Below are positions 1-13,600 of a stretch of 64,000 bases of DNA, one piece after another. The translations under genes were made by a program, and so were the position numbers. Origin of the DNA: Styela clava (taxonomy: Eukaryota); contig NC_135253.1 of NCBI RefSeq assembly GCF_964204865.1, forward strand, positions 10,106,001-10,170,000, written 5' to 3'. The notes beneath the pieces are model-generated. The model ran no database searches, was not told the DNA's origin, and saw only the letters and a program-made list of their open reading frames with translations. Positions within the stretch are counted from its first letter, which is position 1. Each line of letters opens with the position of its first letter.

Positions 1-164
1 ATAATTGCCTGTTGTTTCTAATTCAAACAAGCCGTAAATGGGCGACGTGGAGTAAGGAGAATAGATTTTAGGTACAATCAAAAGTCACCATGTAAATCGC
101 AAAAAAACGGCTTGGCGTGGAGAAGCCGAGTGCAATTAACAATTTTGGCATGAAAAGGGTTAAA

Positions 165-235
165 GATGCAATGCGCCACCTCTAATCATGCAATGCGCCA
201 CGTTTGGCGCATGCGCCATAGGTTGGCCACCCCTG
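165..235. mobile_element. End of a hAT-type non-autonomous element
   Basis: Repeated atgcaatgcgccac motifs end in ggttggccacccctg, a typical hAT terminus. The partner end was not found. Confidence 0.45.
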
Positions 236-364
236 GTGTAGGCCCATAGTTTTCTATACACCTATTTTATTATGCTAGTATGCATAATTCACTCTACCAA
301 TGTTGACAATTTCTTGTTTTTTATATTTGAGTTACGTTCCCCCATCATTCTCAATCGACTCACC

Positions 365-1473
365 CAGTGATTTCCCTACACCCCCCCCCCCCTATAGTGG
401 GTGAACACCCCCCCTAAAATTTCAAACACCCCCCCTAATTTTGAGGTGCGATTCCACACTGAGGGGTTCTAAACCGCAGTCTGCGGGCCAATTACGGCCC
501 GCGTGACCATTTAAAATGGCCCGCCGAACTTGAGTGAAATAGTTTAACCCCTCATGTGGTACCTTTTGGGTTTTAGATACCGTCTATTGTTACATCATTA
601 TCACAGTTTAAGCACGTTTATTTCGTAACAATTGAACTATTCCGGTATCTATTATATAGGTATGGGTATTATGATTACACACTGCAGTATTTTAGATATC
701 AGCCGTATATTAAGAAAGCTTAAAGATGTCACAAAACGAAAACTAGGCACTGAAAACAGACGTTTTTTAGATGAATGACAGCGTTTTTATTTCTTTATTG
801 AAAAGAATCAAACTTCAGCGATTTGTCTTCTTACCAACAAAATATTTCAGTTCTGAAGGAATACAACATTATGCGACATTATAATCAGTTGACGAGCGTA
901 TTTCAAAATTTAATTCATACAAACATGTTCAAAAATATTAGAAATGTGTAACAAAACTAGCCATAAGTAGCCATTCATACAATGACAGATGAGCAAGTAA
1001 CTTCATTAGTCACTATCACTTGCAAATTACTTGTTGAAACGTAGTAGTATATATTTACGGTTGAAAGCCGTGCTTGTTATCTATTCCCCGGGAATTCTAT
1101 CAGATAAATATTATAATTATTGATTTTATTACATAACAAACTGCGATGCTAGGTGTATCTAAAATCAAGCTTAGAGCCTATTTTGGTGCCTCAAATTTTT
1201 CTCAGGGCGCTTGAGCGCGCCCTGAACCCCAGCCGTGTCGTCCCGCACTTTTCTTCGCTCCCCTTTTCTGGCCCTACAATTTCATTCTGCTGTGGATTTT
1301 GGCTCGCCGTCAATCAACTTGGGGGGGGGAGCTCCCATGTACATCGTCTCTTAAATACATACCATTTTTTTAAGAATACAAATAGCCTAGTTTTCATCTC
1401 TGATAGCAAATTATTTACCACCCCCTAAATTTTGAAACACCCCCCCTAAAGAGAAAAGCTGGGGAACATACTG
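365..1473. mobile_element. Non-autonomous hAT element with 8-bp TSD
   Basis: Perfect direct repeat gactcacc at 357-364 and 1474-1481. Imperfect TIRs cagtgatttccc / ggggaacatactg. C-rich subterminal motifs (aacacccccctaaa) occur at both ends. Confidence 0.8.
461..892 (+). mobile_element. Nested, decayed hAT-Charlie/SPIN (GTF2IRD2-like) 5' fragment
   Basis: TIR-like gaggggttctaaac with gcgggcc/ggcccgc motifs. A broken reading frame KRKLGTENRRFLDE*QRFYFFIEKN...ICLL..QNISVLKEYNIMRHYNQ resembles the N-terminal BED finger of these transposases. Confidence 0.7.
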
Positions 1474-2299
1474 GACTCACCCTTTTAAATTATTGTGTTT
1501 GAAATATATATATTACAGTTTAGCTGTTTTAGTGTGGTTTATTATATAAGAAGACTCAAAATTCCGGATTGGTTATTTATTGAAAACAGCAAATCGACAA
1601 ATGAAACTGCAAAATTAACAGACACAAGTAAAGCAGTCAAATGGGAGATCTACCATTATGGTTTATAAAAACAAATATATATATATATATACAACATGAA
1701 CACGGACATTATGGTCCGTGGCGCATGCCATTTCTACTTGAAGAAATAAAATGATCTTGTCTTCTCAAAACCAAAATTGAACTGGGAATGCAATAACTCG
1801 ACTTACCGACGTAATTACAAATAAAAGAGTACTCAAAGGAGCATTGGTACAACACAAAAAATATCTGTACGCACCTGGGCTTGAAGGCAATAAATCTCAA
1901 GTTAAAAGTTCACCAGACAAATATATGAGCAATATATTTAATCTCAAAATTTAACACTGCATGTTTGATGATATATATACAAGAAAAAACGGCGCACCAA
2001 TTTTGTTCGCCTACTCTACATCAAGTTGTGTAAAGAGACCTATCGGCAGGGGCCAGGGCCATGCACTTGACTAATACAGACACACTCTACGGGAGTACCG
2101 GGAAAATGTGGTATACAACAATATTATGGTTCGAGCGACACGATAATTTACCTTGATAATTTTATAAGCAGCATGAAAATGACATTGGTTATTACTTTTC
2201 TGTCTATAACAAAAGCTTCATTTTGGACGTATGTCGTCAATCGTATTGTAATTAAGAATGCCGAGTATGACATACTATGACTACTTACAAGTATTCTAT

Positions 2300-2685
2300 T
2301 CTTATCCGATTCCAAAATTTTCGATTCTTAATTCCGAATCTCGATTCCTCGACACATCTTAACGAGAAAACATACCCACCGAAGCAATACCGTATGAAAT
2401 CAAACAAGAGAACGATGTTCAAATATATGGACGGACAAGAAGGCCGAAACTAAGTAGTATGGGTATCCAATGTGTCACAGGAGACAAAATCGCACAAAAA
2501 AAAACGAATCCCTCAGAACCTGCAGATATTTTAAAAATAAATAAACGTAAAAGCCTTCTAGCGAAAATTATATATAGTGAAGTTCGCGGCGTCGCAGAAA
2601 CTCAACATAGCAGTAAAGCAGTTTATACATATATGTAAATATTCCGATGCATTGGAATCGATTCTAGTCGATTCCACCATCCCTA
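2300..2685. mobile_element. hAT MITE remnant interrupted by a reverse Helentron-like (HINE) fragment
   Basis: cgattcc motif repeats end in ccatcccta. The inner part (~2401-2575) shares agccttctagcgaaaa with the reverse complement of the repeat at ~59880-59910. Confidence 0.4.
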
Positions 2686-3190
2686 ATCGCAATTCGCGAT
2701 ATTTACAATTAGTTCATTAATAATCGGCAAATCCGCAATTAATGTAAAACATATAAATGAAATATAAATATATATTACGTATATACAATAAAAGAAACAC
2801 CACATGGACCATTAAAATGAAACAACACAGTAAAACTGCGTGTGCATATTCAAGTCTTTCAATTCGTTTATTACACAAGACCATCATGGTCCATATCAAA
2901 AACGGTGACCGTACATTTGAAGCCATGCGTATATCCGCAAAAGAAAAAAAAAATCCATAGGTGCAATATATGCAGGTGCAATTGTCGTGGGTTCAAATGT
3001 ACGGGATCCATCAAAAACATCTTTGAAACAGGGGTAAACAGTGAACATCGCATTCGCCATGATTTTATCATCGGATTAGGATTCGAAGTCAGAAAACATT
3101 AATGGAGAACAAAACTTCATTTTAAACAGTCAATTGATTTCATGTGGATGATATAATTGACTACTGAGTCAGGTGATAATCTGATAACGA

Positions 3191-6100
3191 CTAAAAGTTG
3201 AAAGTTGCAAAAATTTCGATGAAGTAATTCTTGCAGCTTCTACCTACCGATGGATCAACGATTTGAATAGCTTGGAATGTCGTAAACAGCAGCACAAGGT
3301 GAAGTCCAATACCAGCAGCAGCCTGAATATTAAATATTATTTCAAATTACTTAAAATTTATCAGAATAAGCATTTTGCTAAATTTAATGCGTTTTAAATA
3401 TTTTTTTTATTAAGAAAGATTATGTTTTGCAACAGAATTTTTTCACGTAAATAAGGTTAGAATTTTTTAAATGAATTTAATGTAAATATAATATAAAGCA
3501 ATATAAAATACCTCGATTATTGGTATCAGCGTAGGACAGTGGTCGATATTTCTAGACTGAATTTGTTTCCACTTAAATTGTATGTACGCAAGTCGGGGCA
3601 GAATAATCAGCAGTAAGTTGCAGTTCACAGATCCTATGTAAAAAGGGTTTGGGAATTATATATATATTTTACATATATATTATTTTTTACCTTGGACCCA
3701 AACAAGTTTCGCATCAAGTAGCCTTTTAGGTATGGAGAGATATTCATGACTTCCCAGAGAAAGCATTCGGATCTTTTGTACAAAAAACCCCGCCACTAAT
3801 GCAAAAATGTGAGATATTAAGCGTTGACGGATACTTTGTACAAAAGATCCGAGCCTTCAATTTATAAATTATCAATTATACTCTTCAATACCATCAAAAT
3901 ATGGATTCACAAACTTCTTTCGCACGACACTTCACTAACATGCTAAAGCTACATAGCCAAATCACCAGCATTTATAGGTATTTACTTCTATATTTATATA
4001 TATATAACAATACCTGCTATGATTACTAGATAAACAACACTGTGAACCCACGTTGCAACGACGTAAGACGAAAAGAATAGAGTTATAACAATCAACCAAT
4101 AGTGTGTTTCCGAATCGTTGTCAATAACCAGAACTTGAATTAGTCTGCAGCACTGCAAAAATATAACTACATAATATGCTTTGAAGTTCATTTCCTAGAT
4201 AGCATAGTTTATTGTGACAACAATGAACTTGGAAAAAATAAACTTTATGACTTATTGCTTTTAGAATAGGTTATTTATGCAGTTTATGAACTATGTTATA
4301 TTATATATACCCAGTTATAATCTTTTTTATTATAGAAAAGTAGTCTAGGATAAGATATCTGTAGAATCATTCTAACTACGAATTTTAAGAAGCTTTTGCC
4401 ACTGACAAATATTTTACATGGCATACAATACTTACCGCCATTACTCTCAATAACATTGCGATCAGAGTTATCACAAAAGATATTGTTTTAATCAATATTC
4501 CATATACACCAGGCCCAAATGCAGTAGGAAAGATAACCGCTGCAGATTCTAAAAGTGGAAAATAATTTTGTCAAGTTAATTATCGCATGATTTTATTCTG
4601 TGAAGAAATAGAATTATTGTTTGTTATTTAAGCCTAGTTCTAGAAGTAATATCAACTAATTGATTCTATATAAGCACGGGCAGTAATCAAAGAATATTTT
4701 TAGAGTAATTCACAGAGCATATTTTTTTAAAAGAGTAAACCATTAAACAAATTGCATATTCGATTCGAATGTCAAGATTTGATCTCACAAACAATATATA
4801 TATATATATATACACTGTAGCATAATTCAATACAAAAATATTTGAAAAAAATACCTCCCAGTGATAAATTTACAAGCAGTGCAAGTACAGTCAAGCATCC
4901 AACAAGGCTTGCTTTTGATTTGATGACAAGATTTGCATATGTTGATAATCTGGTGCGCAAAAGAATAATGAGTTGAAATAGTTCAAAGTCATGTCTCTAA
5001 TTACTCAGAATTATTTAAAGAGACGAAAAGTTCAAAACGTTTTCATCCAATTAAACCTGAAATTTCCAACTCATATAGAAACAACTTGGTATAAAGAAGA
5101 CATCCTTACATCCTTACGCGCGGTTTGATTCCGAAAAGCAACGTAAAAATCGTACTACTAATCAAAAACCCTATGTTCAAACATTACAAAATGTGGCAAC
5201 CAATTGTAATAATATGTACAAAGGAGTGCTAACGTAACGTTGCATTAGTGTGATAAAATAAATGGACATTCTGTCATTATATACAACTGACGGTAAGAGT
5301 AAAATAGTCTCGAATAAAAGTTATTGCTTGCATACGATTTTCAGCTCAATTTTGCTCTGACGAATACTATTATATCACTTTCACTTCATAATGAGACAGA
5401 ATACAGGCAATAATATTTCTGAATAATAAAATATCACCCGTAATATATTCAGATCGTTTGAAAATATATCCTATACTCACTCAAGATTATCAACGCAGAT
5501 TGGAAGAATGATAACGTAACTCATCAACGAAAAAATAATGATGGGTATCTCGTGAAGAATCTAAATGCAACGTAGATATAAAGACGAAATATTAAGTGAG
5601 TATGTAGAAATCCAGAGGGTGTCAACCAGTACCAGAATCGCTATACTAGTACCAAAACACGGGGAGTCCGAAAGCGAAAGCATTCTGTAAAACACCTGAA
5701 TACTTGGAATTCAAAATTTCCACATCTAATAAAAATGCATTGTTTGAAAGGAATGACTCACATTTTCAGTAGATTTTGATTGCCAGGTCGGTTGAAGAAT
5801 TCCAGGACACATTGCAGAAGAATTTGCAGAATGAATCATATCAGGATTATTTGCCAGAGCGCCGTAGATAAGTATCAGTGAAAATGTCAACAACATGAAG
5901 AGGAAAAGGAGAAGTGGGCGCTTGTAGTTGTAGCTGTGCGTCTCTTTAACTACCACTGTAATAAATCATCATTCTGAGTCGCCTAATGAACTTTGTTGTA
6001 GTATATAAAGTCGTATATATATATATAACAACAATGAATGAACAAAACTGCCACCCATATTCACTCTGAATTTATAAATTATACTAAGTGAAAAGTCATT

Positions 6101-9100
6101 AATATTACTTACCCGTCATGTTGTTCAAACGATCTTGTTTCCATGAAATTGATTCGCCTTAAAATATTATTATATCATATTTTTACTAATATTTATGATT
6201 CACAACTAAACAATTACACCAACTTAGAAATTAAACAGTTCGTGACTGGAATCTCTATGTACAACACAACTATGCGTGCATGTTATATTCGGCACAGGTA
6301 TACAAGAAATTTGAAGTTCTAAAAATTAGAAAACCGATGTTTAAGCTTTCAATGATCGAGGTTTAAGCCATCATACCATCGTGTATATGGACTCCTTTTA
6401 CATGTGAATCCCTGATGTCAACTGCGTTTATCTGTTGGTTGATGACTACATTTGATGTCATCTATTGAAAATATAACGATAAAAATGTTAAATAAGCTTG
6501 TAACTCAAGTATCCTCCTAACGATGTAAGTTAGCGACTTTGGCTATATACCTTCAACACACTGCATTCATATATTGCCTCAAAATATGAGAAAAAATCCT
6601 TATGAAATGCAGAAATCATATTATCAAGAACTAATTTGAATATTAATTTGAATTAAAACTTCCAACTTACCAATCCCTGTATGAATCTTTCACCTGAGCA
6701 AAAGTATTCAACGTTTCAATCAATTTTGATCAAAAATCATGACGAGAAAAATTCGAATATATTCTTGATAAATTACTCACCATATTCCCACGTGAGGAGA
6801 AATATTGAGAGGCAGATGTAAACCACGGCGTAATAACCGTTTCTGTAAAGTAATGTCAAAATACCAAATAAAAATAACGAATTAAATATTAATTCAAGCT
6901 AAAAAAAGTCTACTCAAGCTTTTGTGAACACACATCATGTGCGGTATATTCGAAAATTCAAAAACTTCTCATGGAATGTCTCATGGACGCAGGATTGTCA
7001 TACTTTGTGAGTTTGGCAATGATTGTATATAAACATTTAAAAGTTATCCGAATACCTGAGATGCTTGGGAAAGGGCTCTGTGACAGATACAGATTCCCAT
7101 AATTCGGCACCAACTCGGAAATAAAACGATGTGCCTGAGAAACAATAAAAATAACTTGTAATATTTGAATATTTAAGAGACAGCATTAAGAAATAAGTAA
7201 TATAGTCGTACATATCAAAACGTCGAACATGAATAATCCACGAACAAATAACCGAATGATAACCTTCCGAAAATGTACTTCTCCGCCGAGGTAATGCTCC
7301 ACGATTGTCTGAAAAAATTGATCGAAAACATCGACATAAATTATAATGAATAAACTATGCAAATTGTAGGACAACGTTTTGCAGAAAATCGTACCAAAAT
7401 TGTAAATAATGTACAGTCTTAATTAATATTTATTTCTTCAATGGCCGATGTCGCCTTCAAATCATAATTCCTATTCGATTTTCCCTGCATGACCATATAT
7501 CTTAAAGACAGAAATACTCAAAGTAAAGAAAGGAACTCCAATTAATTGAAAGAATTACTCTGAATTTGTTTATACTGATTAACGTCTAAAATGACTTTAT
7601 GCAAGAAAATGGCATTTATGTATTTCACAGTTCAGCATATAAAATATATGGATAATTGTGAAGTAGAAATGACAAAAAATAACCAAAATGTAGTTACAAA
7701 AAAGTTGTTGCATTGAATTCCATTAGCATTTGAGCGAGTCGTCACCATCTCAGAAAAATAGACCAGGGATTTTCCAGTGACGTAAGCTTCTATCACCAGG
7801 ATAAGACTAGAAATATAGAATAACATTCACATCAATTTATTCAAAACGGAACAAAAATATTTTCTAGTGCATCACATCAACTTACAAGAAGAGAGGCAAT
7901 CCTGCATGAGCCATCGCAAAAGGTAATAAAAACGAACTTGCTCCCATAACATGACCGACTAGCTTTATTATCCATTCGGTGGGGTTAACTGAACTGAACT
8001 GAAATAAGAAAATATATATATAAAGAATAAGATCGAAACTTACAGGCTGCAAAACATCTTCTACGGTATTAGCTTTATCGTGAATAAGTAATCAGGAAAA
8101 ACAAACTAATTATTAATAGGCTGGGTGAAAGTTATGTCATTTGTGCTAAACTATAGGACAGAAATATAATCTCTTACCTCTTGCTCAATCATGGTGTCTT
8201 CAAAGACAAAATCAAGAACGTGAATTCTAAGCAGGATCGCAAAATATGGTACTAATATTTTTCATCTGGCAAAATGTTAAAATAACAGTTTATCAGAGTA
8301 ATAGAGCTGATGCCACTCGGTGAGAAACTTCAATACATCGCTGTCTTATAAGCGTGCTAACATTAAGGAGATCATATCTATGCTTCTGTAGCAAAAAAAT
8401 GCCAGCGAGCCGCAAAGGAAGTAGACAATAATACATTTGATGTTAGTGTAGCACTCAAACAAACAGCAGTATATATCTGAAAATAAACCAAATTTGGGTG
8501 ACCAAGATTAAATATATGTGATTTGCGGAACAATTACTTCATCACTACACAAAGAACCGTCAACGAGGTTTAGATAAACGGCCCATGCGCGTTTGTACAA
8601 TCTTGCTCTATTGTTATTTTTAAAGACCAGCTGCAAAAAAATAATTTCAGGTACAACCCCTGGTTATTAAAATGGCGTAATTTTAGTTTACATATAGATC
8701 GGCTCAATGTTTCTTTGTTAAATAAGTATATGAGTCATTCTTAAACGGTAACTCAGTGCTAATGCCACGCGCGGGATGCGTGTAAATCAATAATATAGGA
8801 CAAGCAATTTATTCTCAACAAAAAAAGTGTGTTTACATACATGAAATTCCATTTTTAGAATATATGATAAAAATGGTTGGGACAATTTCATTGTCTTTTA
8901 TTGAACAAAAAAAAGATTCATTTTTAAGTATTTTTCATCAGTTTTACTGTGATATTCTAAAGTCAGCTATATCACTGTTAGTGTCAGATCATTATATATG
9001 TATGTCCTCATGCTGACATGGTAATTATAATAAAATTATGACAATGACATTGATTTTTCTCCGAAAAATATCTAGGGTTTGCTGATAGTTTAACAGAAAA

Positions 9101-9366
9101 TAAAACTGTTATTTGCACAGTTCACACAAAGTAACAAATAAAAGATTTAGAGCTATTGCGAGCCAAGTTGAAGTTCAATCACTTCAAATAATTCATCTTT
9201 TCGCAATACCAAAATTCTGAGTGAACTACGCTTCAGGCGTTTTCTATTACTCAGCAATATTGTCCTGCAAAATGCAAAGTGTTTCCTGTTTATTATTTGA
9301 AGGCAAGAATTTGCACCGTTGCCGAATTTTTTTCTGTGTGAACTTCTCATCAATAACTGCAGCCAT
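3191..9366 (-). CDS. Divergent SLC38/Aa_trans-family amino-acid transporter, copy 1 (~566 aa, 18 predicted exons)
   Basis: Phase-consistent GT-AG exon chain: 9366-9251 (tentative), 8226-8178 (tentative), 7998-7886, 7806-7698, 7308-7212, 7134-7056, 6842-6781, 6693-6671, 6598-6551, 6461-6377, 6157-6113, 5955-5762, 5560-5481, 4949-4855, 4548-4436, 4152-4014, 3633-3512, 3322-3191. SLC38-like motifs: HVMGASSFLLPFAMAHAGLPLF (TM1), IPIIIFSLMSYVIILPI (TM6), GSVNCNLLLIILPRLAYIQ (TM10). Confidence 0.75.
3767..3852. repeat. 86-bp foldback / tiny MITE in an intron
   Basis: Perfect inverted ends tcggatcttttgtacaaa ... tttgtacaaaagatccga. Confidence 0.7.
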
Positions 9367-9442
9367 AATTCTCCAACTATTATCTATCTATCAACATTCG
9401 CGGCATTCAATCTTGAATTGTCCCTTTTATTGTTCTTTAATC

Positions 9443-10668
9443 CGTCGAATAAATACTTTTTACTTCTTTGGAAATCTTCACTTTACATCTAGTAACATTT
9501 TCCATAATAGGAAAAATAGCTTTGATAAGCAAATAAATAAACCAAGAAAGATAAAAGAGCATAATTGCCCCAAAATGTGAATTCCGAAAGAAACCATCGG
9601 GAATACCCCGAGTACTGTTTTTAATGTCAATTTGTGGACTTTGGACGATCATATATCAATTTGTGTATTCAGCCAACGAAAGTAGCGAAAATCTAAAACA
9701 GGAACCAATTCACAGTCCGTATTTGATGTATGGGAAGTGTTGCTCCGTTATAATGTATATTGCATGCTCCGTTGAGTCTGCAGTTTACATAGGTGGGGAT
9801 TTTATACGAATATTGAGAGAATGGGACATATTTTCCAGATTGAATACATTTTGATATATTATTATCTATCGAGCATATGTAACAGCTTCGAATAAATGCT
9901 TTTCTTCATTCACATACTTCACTCGACATTTATTGACATTTTTCATGATAGGGAAAAATAGCTTTGATAAGTAATTAAATCTAGCAAGAAAGGCAAAAGC
10001 AAAACTGTCCCGAAATGGGAATTTCGAAAAAAAAACATCGGTAATACTCCGAATACTGTTTCTATATTTTAACTTGTGTACTTTGCACGAAACATTACAC
10101 ATATTTGTGTATTCAATCGCAGGCCCATAGTTAAGTATAGATTGGTATAAATTGTAAGTGACATGTAGCGAAAATCTAAAACAGGAACCTTGTTACTTAT
10201 CGATCTTAAGATCGGTAAGTATGTTAATAGGTGTTTGTCTGTTTGTTTATTTGTTTGTTTGTCTGTCTGTTAGATGCACGCGATATCTCACGAAAGCGAG
10301 GTTGAATCTGCTCCAAATTTTGCATGTGCATTCATCATAGCTCGGATCAGAAGCCTATTGAATTATGTCGTATAATTAGCGAGTTATTAATTAATTAGTG
10401 ATGGGACACACGGTGTCACTATGGAGTAAGAGCGCTGTTTTGGGGGATCCCCTAAAGTCCGATCGATAAGTCTTCGGTCTCCGACCGATATTCTCGTTTG
10501 ATTTATTGGACGTGTTGTTCCGCTTTGATGCACATCGCATAATCCATTGAGTCTGTTGTCTCTCTGTAGTTTACATTGGTGAGGGTTTTATACGATTATT
10601 AATTAAAAGAATGAGACATCTTTTTCAGATTAAATATATTTTAATATAGTATCAAACATATATAACAG
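9443..10668. repeat. Diverged ~440-bp tandem duplication; the second copy is interrupted by a HINE
   Basis: Shared blocks in the same order: ggaaaaatagctttgataag, gtagcgaaaatctaaaacaggaacc and ttttatacga...gagaatg.gacat. Confidence 0.75.
10191..10496 (+). mobile_element. Helentron-associated non-autonomous element (HINE, DINE-1-like)
   Basis: 5' subTIR acttatcgatc (10195-10205) pairs with nearby gatcggtaagt, followed by a GTTT/GTCT microsatellite. The 3' subTIR gatcgataagt (10461-10471) is followed by the hairpin tcggtc-tcc-gaccga. T-rich insertion site; the element is absent from the sister duplicate. Confidence 0.8.
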
Positions 10669-13600
10669 ATGTGCTCATAACATGAGTGTTGAATCCCAAG
10701 TCCCGTTTTTTTTTATCAAACAGGAACAGGCATGCTTCTGGAATTATTTGCTAACGAGTATTGCACCATTTCGTTTTTGTTGTCGTAAATCCTCGTTCCA
10801 TTTCACATATCAAACGTGTCTCTCTTTTATTAAGTCTTAGGTCGAGCAAATGAAGAAGGTTTGTCGGCTCGCGCAATCTGGCCATTTTTGTATCTTTATT
10901 ATAATATTGCTTGTTCAGAGTGAATTGGTGATGCGTCCGCGTTTCTACTGTTAAAGGGTGGATGCTATGCCCCTACTAAATGGAATATATGACCGCTATG
11001 TCTTTAATGCTCGATTATTCCCACTACAATAGGTGGGCTATGTCTAATTTGTTAAAACGAAAATGGTTACGTTGGCTGTGTCCATACAAAAGTCGCTATG
11101 TCTATAGTAAAACCTTACGGCAATTCTCCCACTCTAATTCTGCTATGTTCCTGCTAAGATGGATATGTTTCACTAATAAACCAATGCCGTGATATCATAG
11201 TTATTTTCACATTGAATGTTGATGTAATTGATAGGTTATGCGAATTATAATGAGGAATTTATGATTTCTCTTCTTATCCTATGATTATTTTGTACAAAGC
11301 AAGCTAGAATACTGGAACTTTAGTGTTTAATCATACAAAAACCGCAATGCAAGATAGGATAGGTGGAAAAGGTGAATAACAAGTGAGTCAGTGGGATAAG
11401 TGCACTACAGTGGTGCAAGTGATACGAGTCGGACAAGTGTTCAAAATTTCTTTATTTTCGTAGAAATAATTATGTAATTTCTGATTTATATCGCCACCGT
11501 TGTATTCTAAAACCGATTATTGACGGCGCAGTTGTGAGTAGTATTTTCGGTGGGCCTTTCGTACTAAAACTTATGGAGAATATAATTTGTGTTTGTTGAT
11601 GTGATGAATTCATTGTTATTTTGGTTGTTCGCTGTTTTACAGATAATTTAATTTTTCTTGTTGACCTTGGCTGAGAATATTCAGTAAATTGAAAATTTTG
11701 CTGTTCATTGTATATTTATCAAATTTCTACAATTGTGTATTGCGGGCTTGTGGATTCTAACTTGCTTATCTTTCGTATATAGGACGAGTATATTTTTCAT
11801 TTTCATTTTTCTTTGTTTGTTGTAGATTCAATGCTGTAAATTGAAGCATGTATGCCACCCGAATTGTACTTAATGGAAAACTGCAAAGAATACTATTAAG
11901 TGTACTTTTTTTTACAATTTTCTATATATTTGGAATGCATATACAAGGAAAAAATCATACAAATTGCACTTCATTTTGATAATCCATTTCACAATATGTA
12001 AATACAAGCAATCATATTGTTATGAAAACATGCAATCATACTAGTGTAGCAATATTATCGACATCATAAATTATTACGACAAAACATTAGTATTACATTC
12101 TTAAATTTGAAGCAGAAAAAGCGCTTATTTTTAGGTCATATGACAGAATAATACAAAAAAACTTGCATGCCTGTCATATCCGAATGCTTGCCGATACATG
12201 TTGTAAATGTTGTCAAGTATACCAATATATTTGGGACAGGTGACGAAATAAATTTGTTACCTATAATTCCGAATGCGACCAAAGTATTTTCACTCAGCAT
12301 TATACAATACTGGTACTTACTTTTCGACCAAAGTTATCCTCTGTGACGTGAGTCGCCTCCGTGGTAACCACATGTAACTGTACACAAGGAACCCTCATGC
12401 GGTGTATAATTTTTTGAAATCATATTTGTGTTGTAGATTTGATGATAAATTTACTAACTTATATTTATGTAAAGTGTGAATATTACTTGTTCTGCACGAA
12501 ATGCATTCATTGCGAATGTATAACATACACTATTTTTTTGTTATCACCAAATTCACAGTAAACATCGAAATTATCGGATTCAACAAAACCTTCGATTAAA
12601 ATGAGTTGCGAAACGTCTGGTGTTTCTAACTACTATTAATTAACTAGTTATAGTACAATACAGTATACTAATCGACTCCGAAACATAAAATAAATATATA
12701 GGTTAACGTGCCCGAATTGGGGTAGCTGTCAATTTGATATAACAGTAAAGGGCCAAAAGAATGCCTCTATATATTTTATTATCTTCGATATAAATATTAC
12801 AATACAATTAAGTCACATAAACAAACACAAGTATCTAACTCATTGTTATTGACAAATAAATAAAGTTAACTGATAATAACAATTGTTTTTTATAATTGCC
12901 TCAAAAGTGGTCGCACACATTTCATATTACTCGTTAAAATCGCCTCTCTCTCTTTTTCATCTTAAATAGTCATAGTCAATTTTAGTTCTTCCAACCAGTA
13001 AAAATTAACACTCGACAAAAAAATAAAATTAAACCCACATTTTTTACTGGGGAAGGGAAGCCGCGGGGATCCAAGATTCGTTATTTAGCATCGACACCAA
13101 AGGTTCAATTTCTAATCAAATTTCTAAGGTCGGCAATTATGTTTTTGGAACATTGTTATTATAGGTGAGTATGACTTTTTTTTATGGCAGCTGATTCACT
13201 AACAGCATCCACTAGACATGTAAGTTATATGAGACGACCATAAATGCTACAGGGCAACAGCCAACATCTCTAATCGAACCCACCAGATAACCTATGGCGA
13301 TCCCCCCCCCGTTTGGGCAGGCAACAAATTTCAGAGATGCTGAAGTGTGTAAATTGATGGAAATATACTAGTTGCTTTGGTAACTTTGGTAACGGTAACT
13401 TTGCCATTCGATCCAGTGTTGCAGTGTAGGCAGGGCATTAAAAGACATGTGATTGGATAATAAATAAAACAGGTAATATAATTCTTATAGCAATAAATAA
13501 AAACATCAGATCTGTGTGATACTAAATTAGACGAAGTACCGGTACTGTGTGTAATCACTCATGTAGATGCGTGATACATCAGATATATACGTAGTTCATT

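Noticed and set aside
2717-3102. Overlapping 66-86 aa ORFs
   Set aside because: They lie in the presumed 3' UTR or flank of the transporter and have no motifs or splice support.
5005-5056. Possible extra exon in transporter copy 1, with a similar acceptor at 16409 in copy 2
   Set aside because: It contains stops in the required frame and is not needed for phase continuity, so it was left out of the model.
7518-7559. Possible extra transporter exon (VILSINWSSFLY)
   Set aside because: It lacks a good donor, and the flanking exons already join in phase without it.
8044-8072. Exon-like segment with a good donor (ANTVEDVLQP)
   Set aside because: The acceptor phase is incompatible with the upstream exon. 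The 5' structure of this gene remains uncertain.
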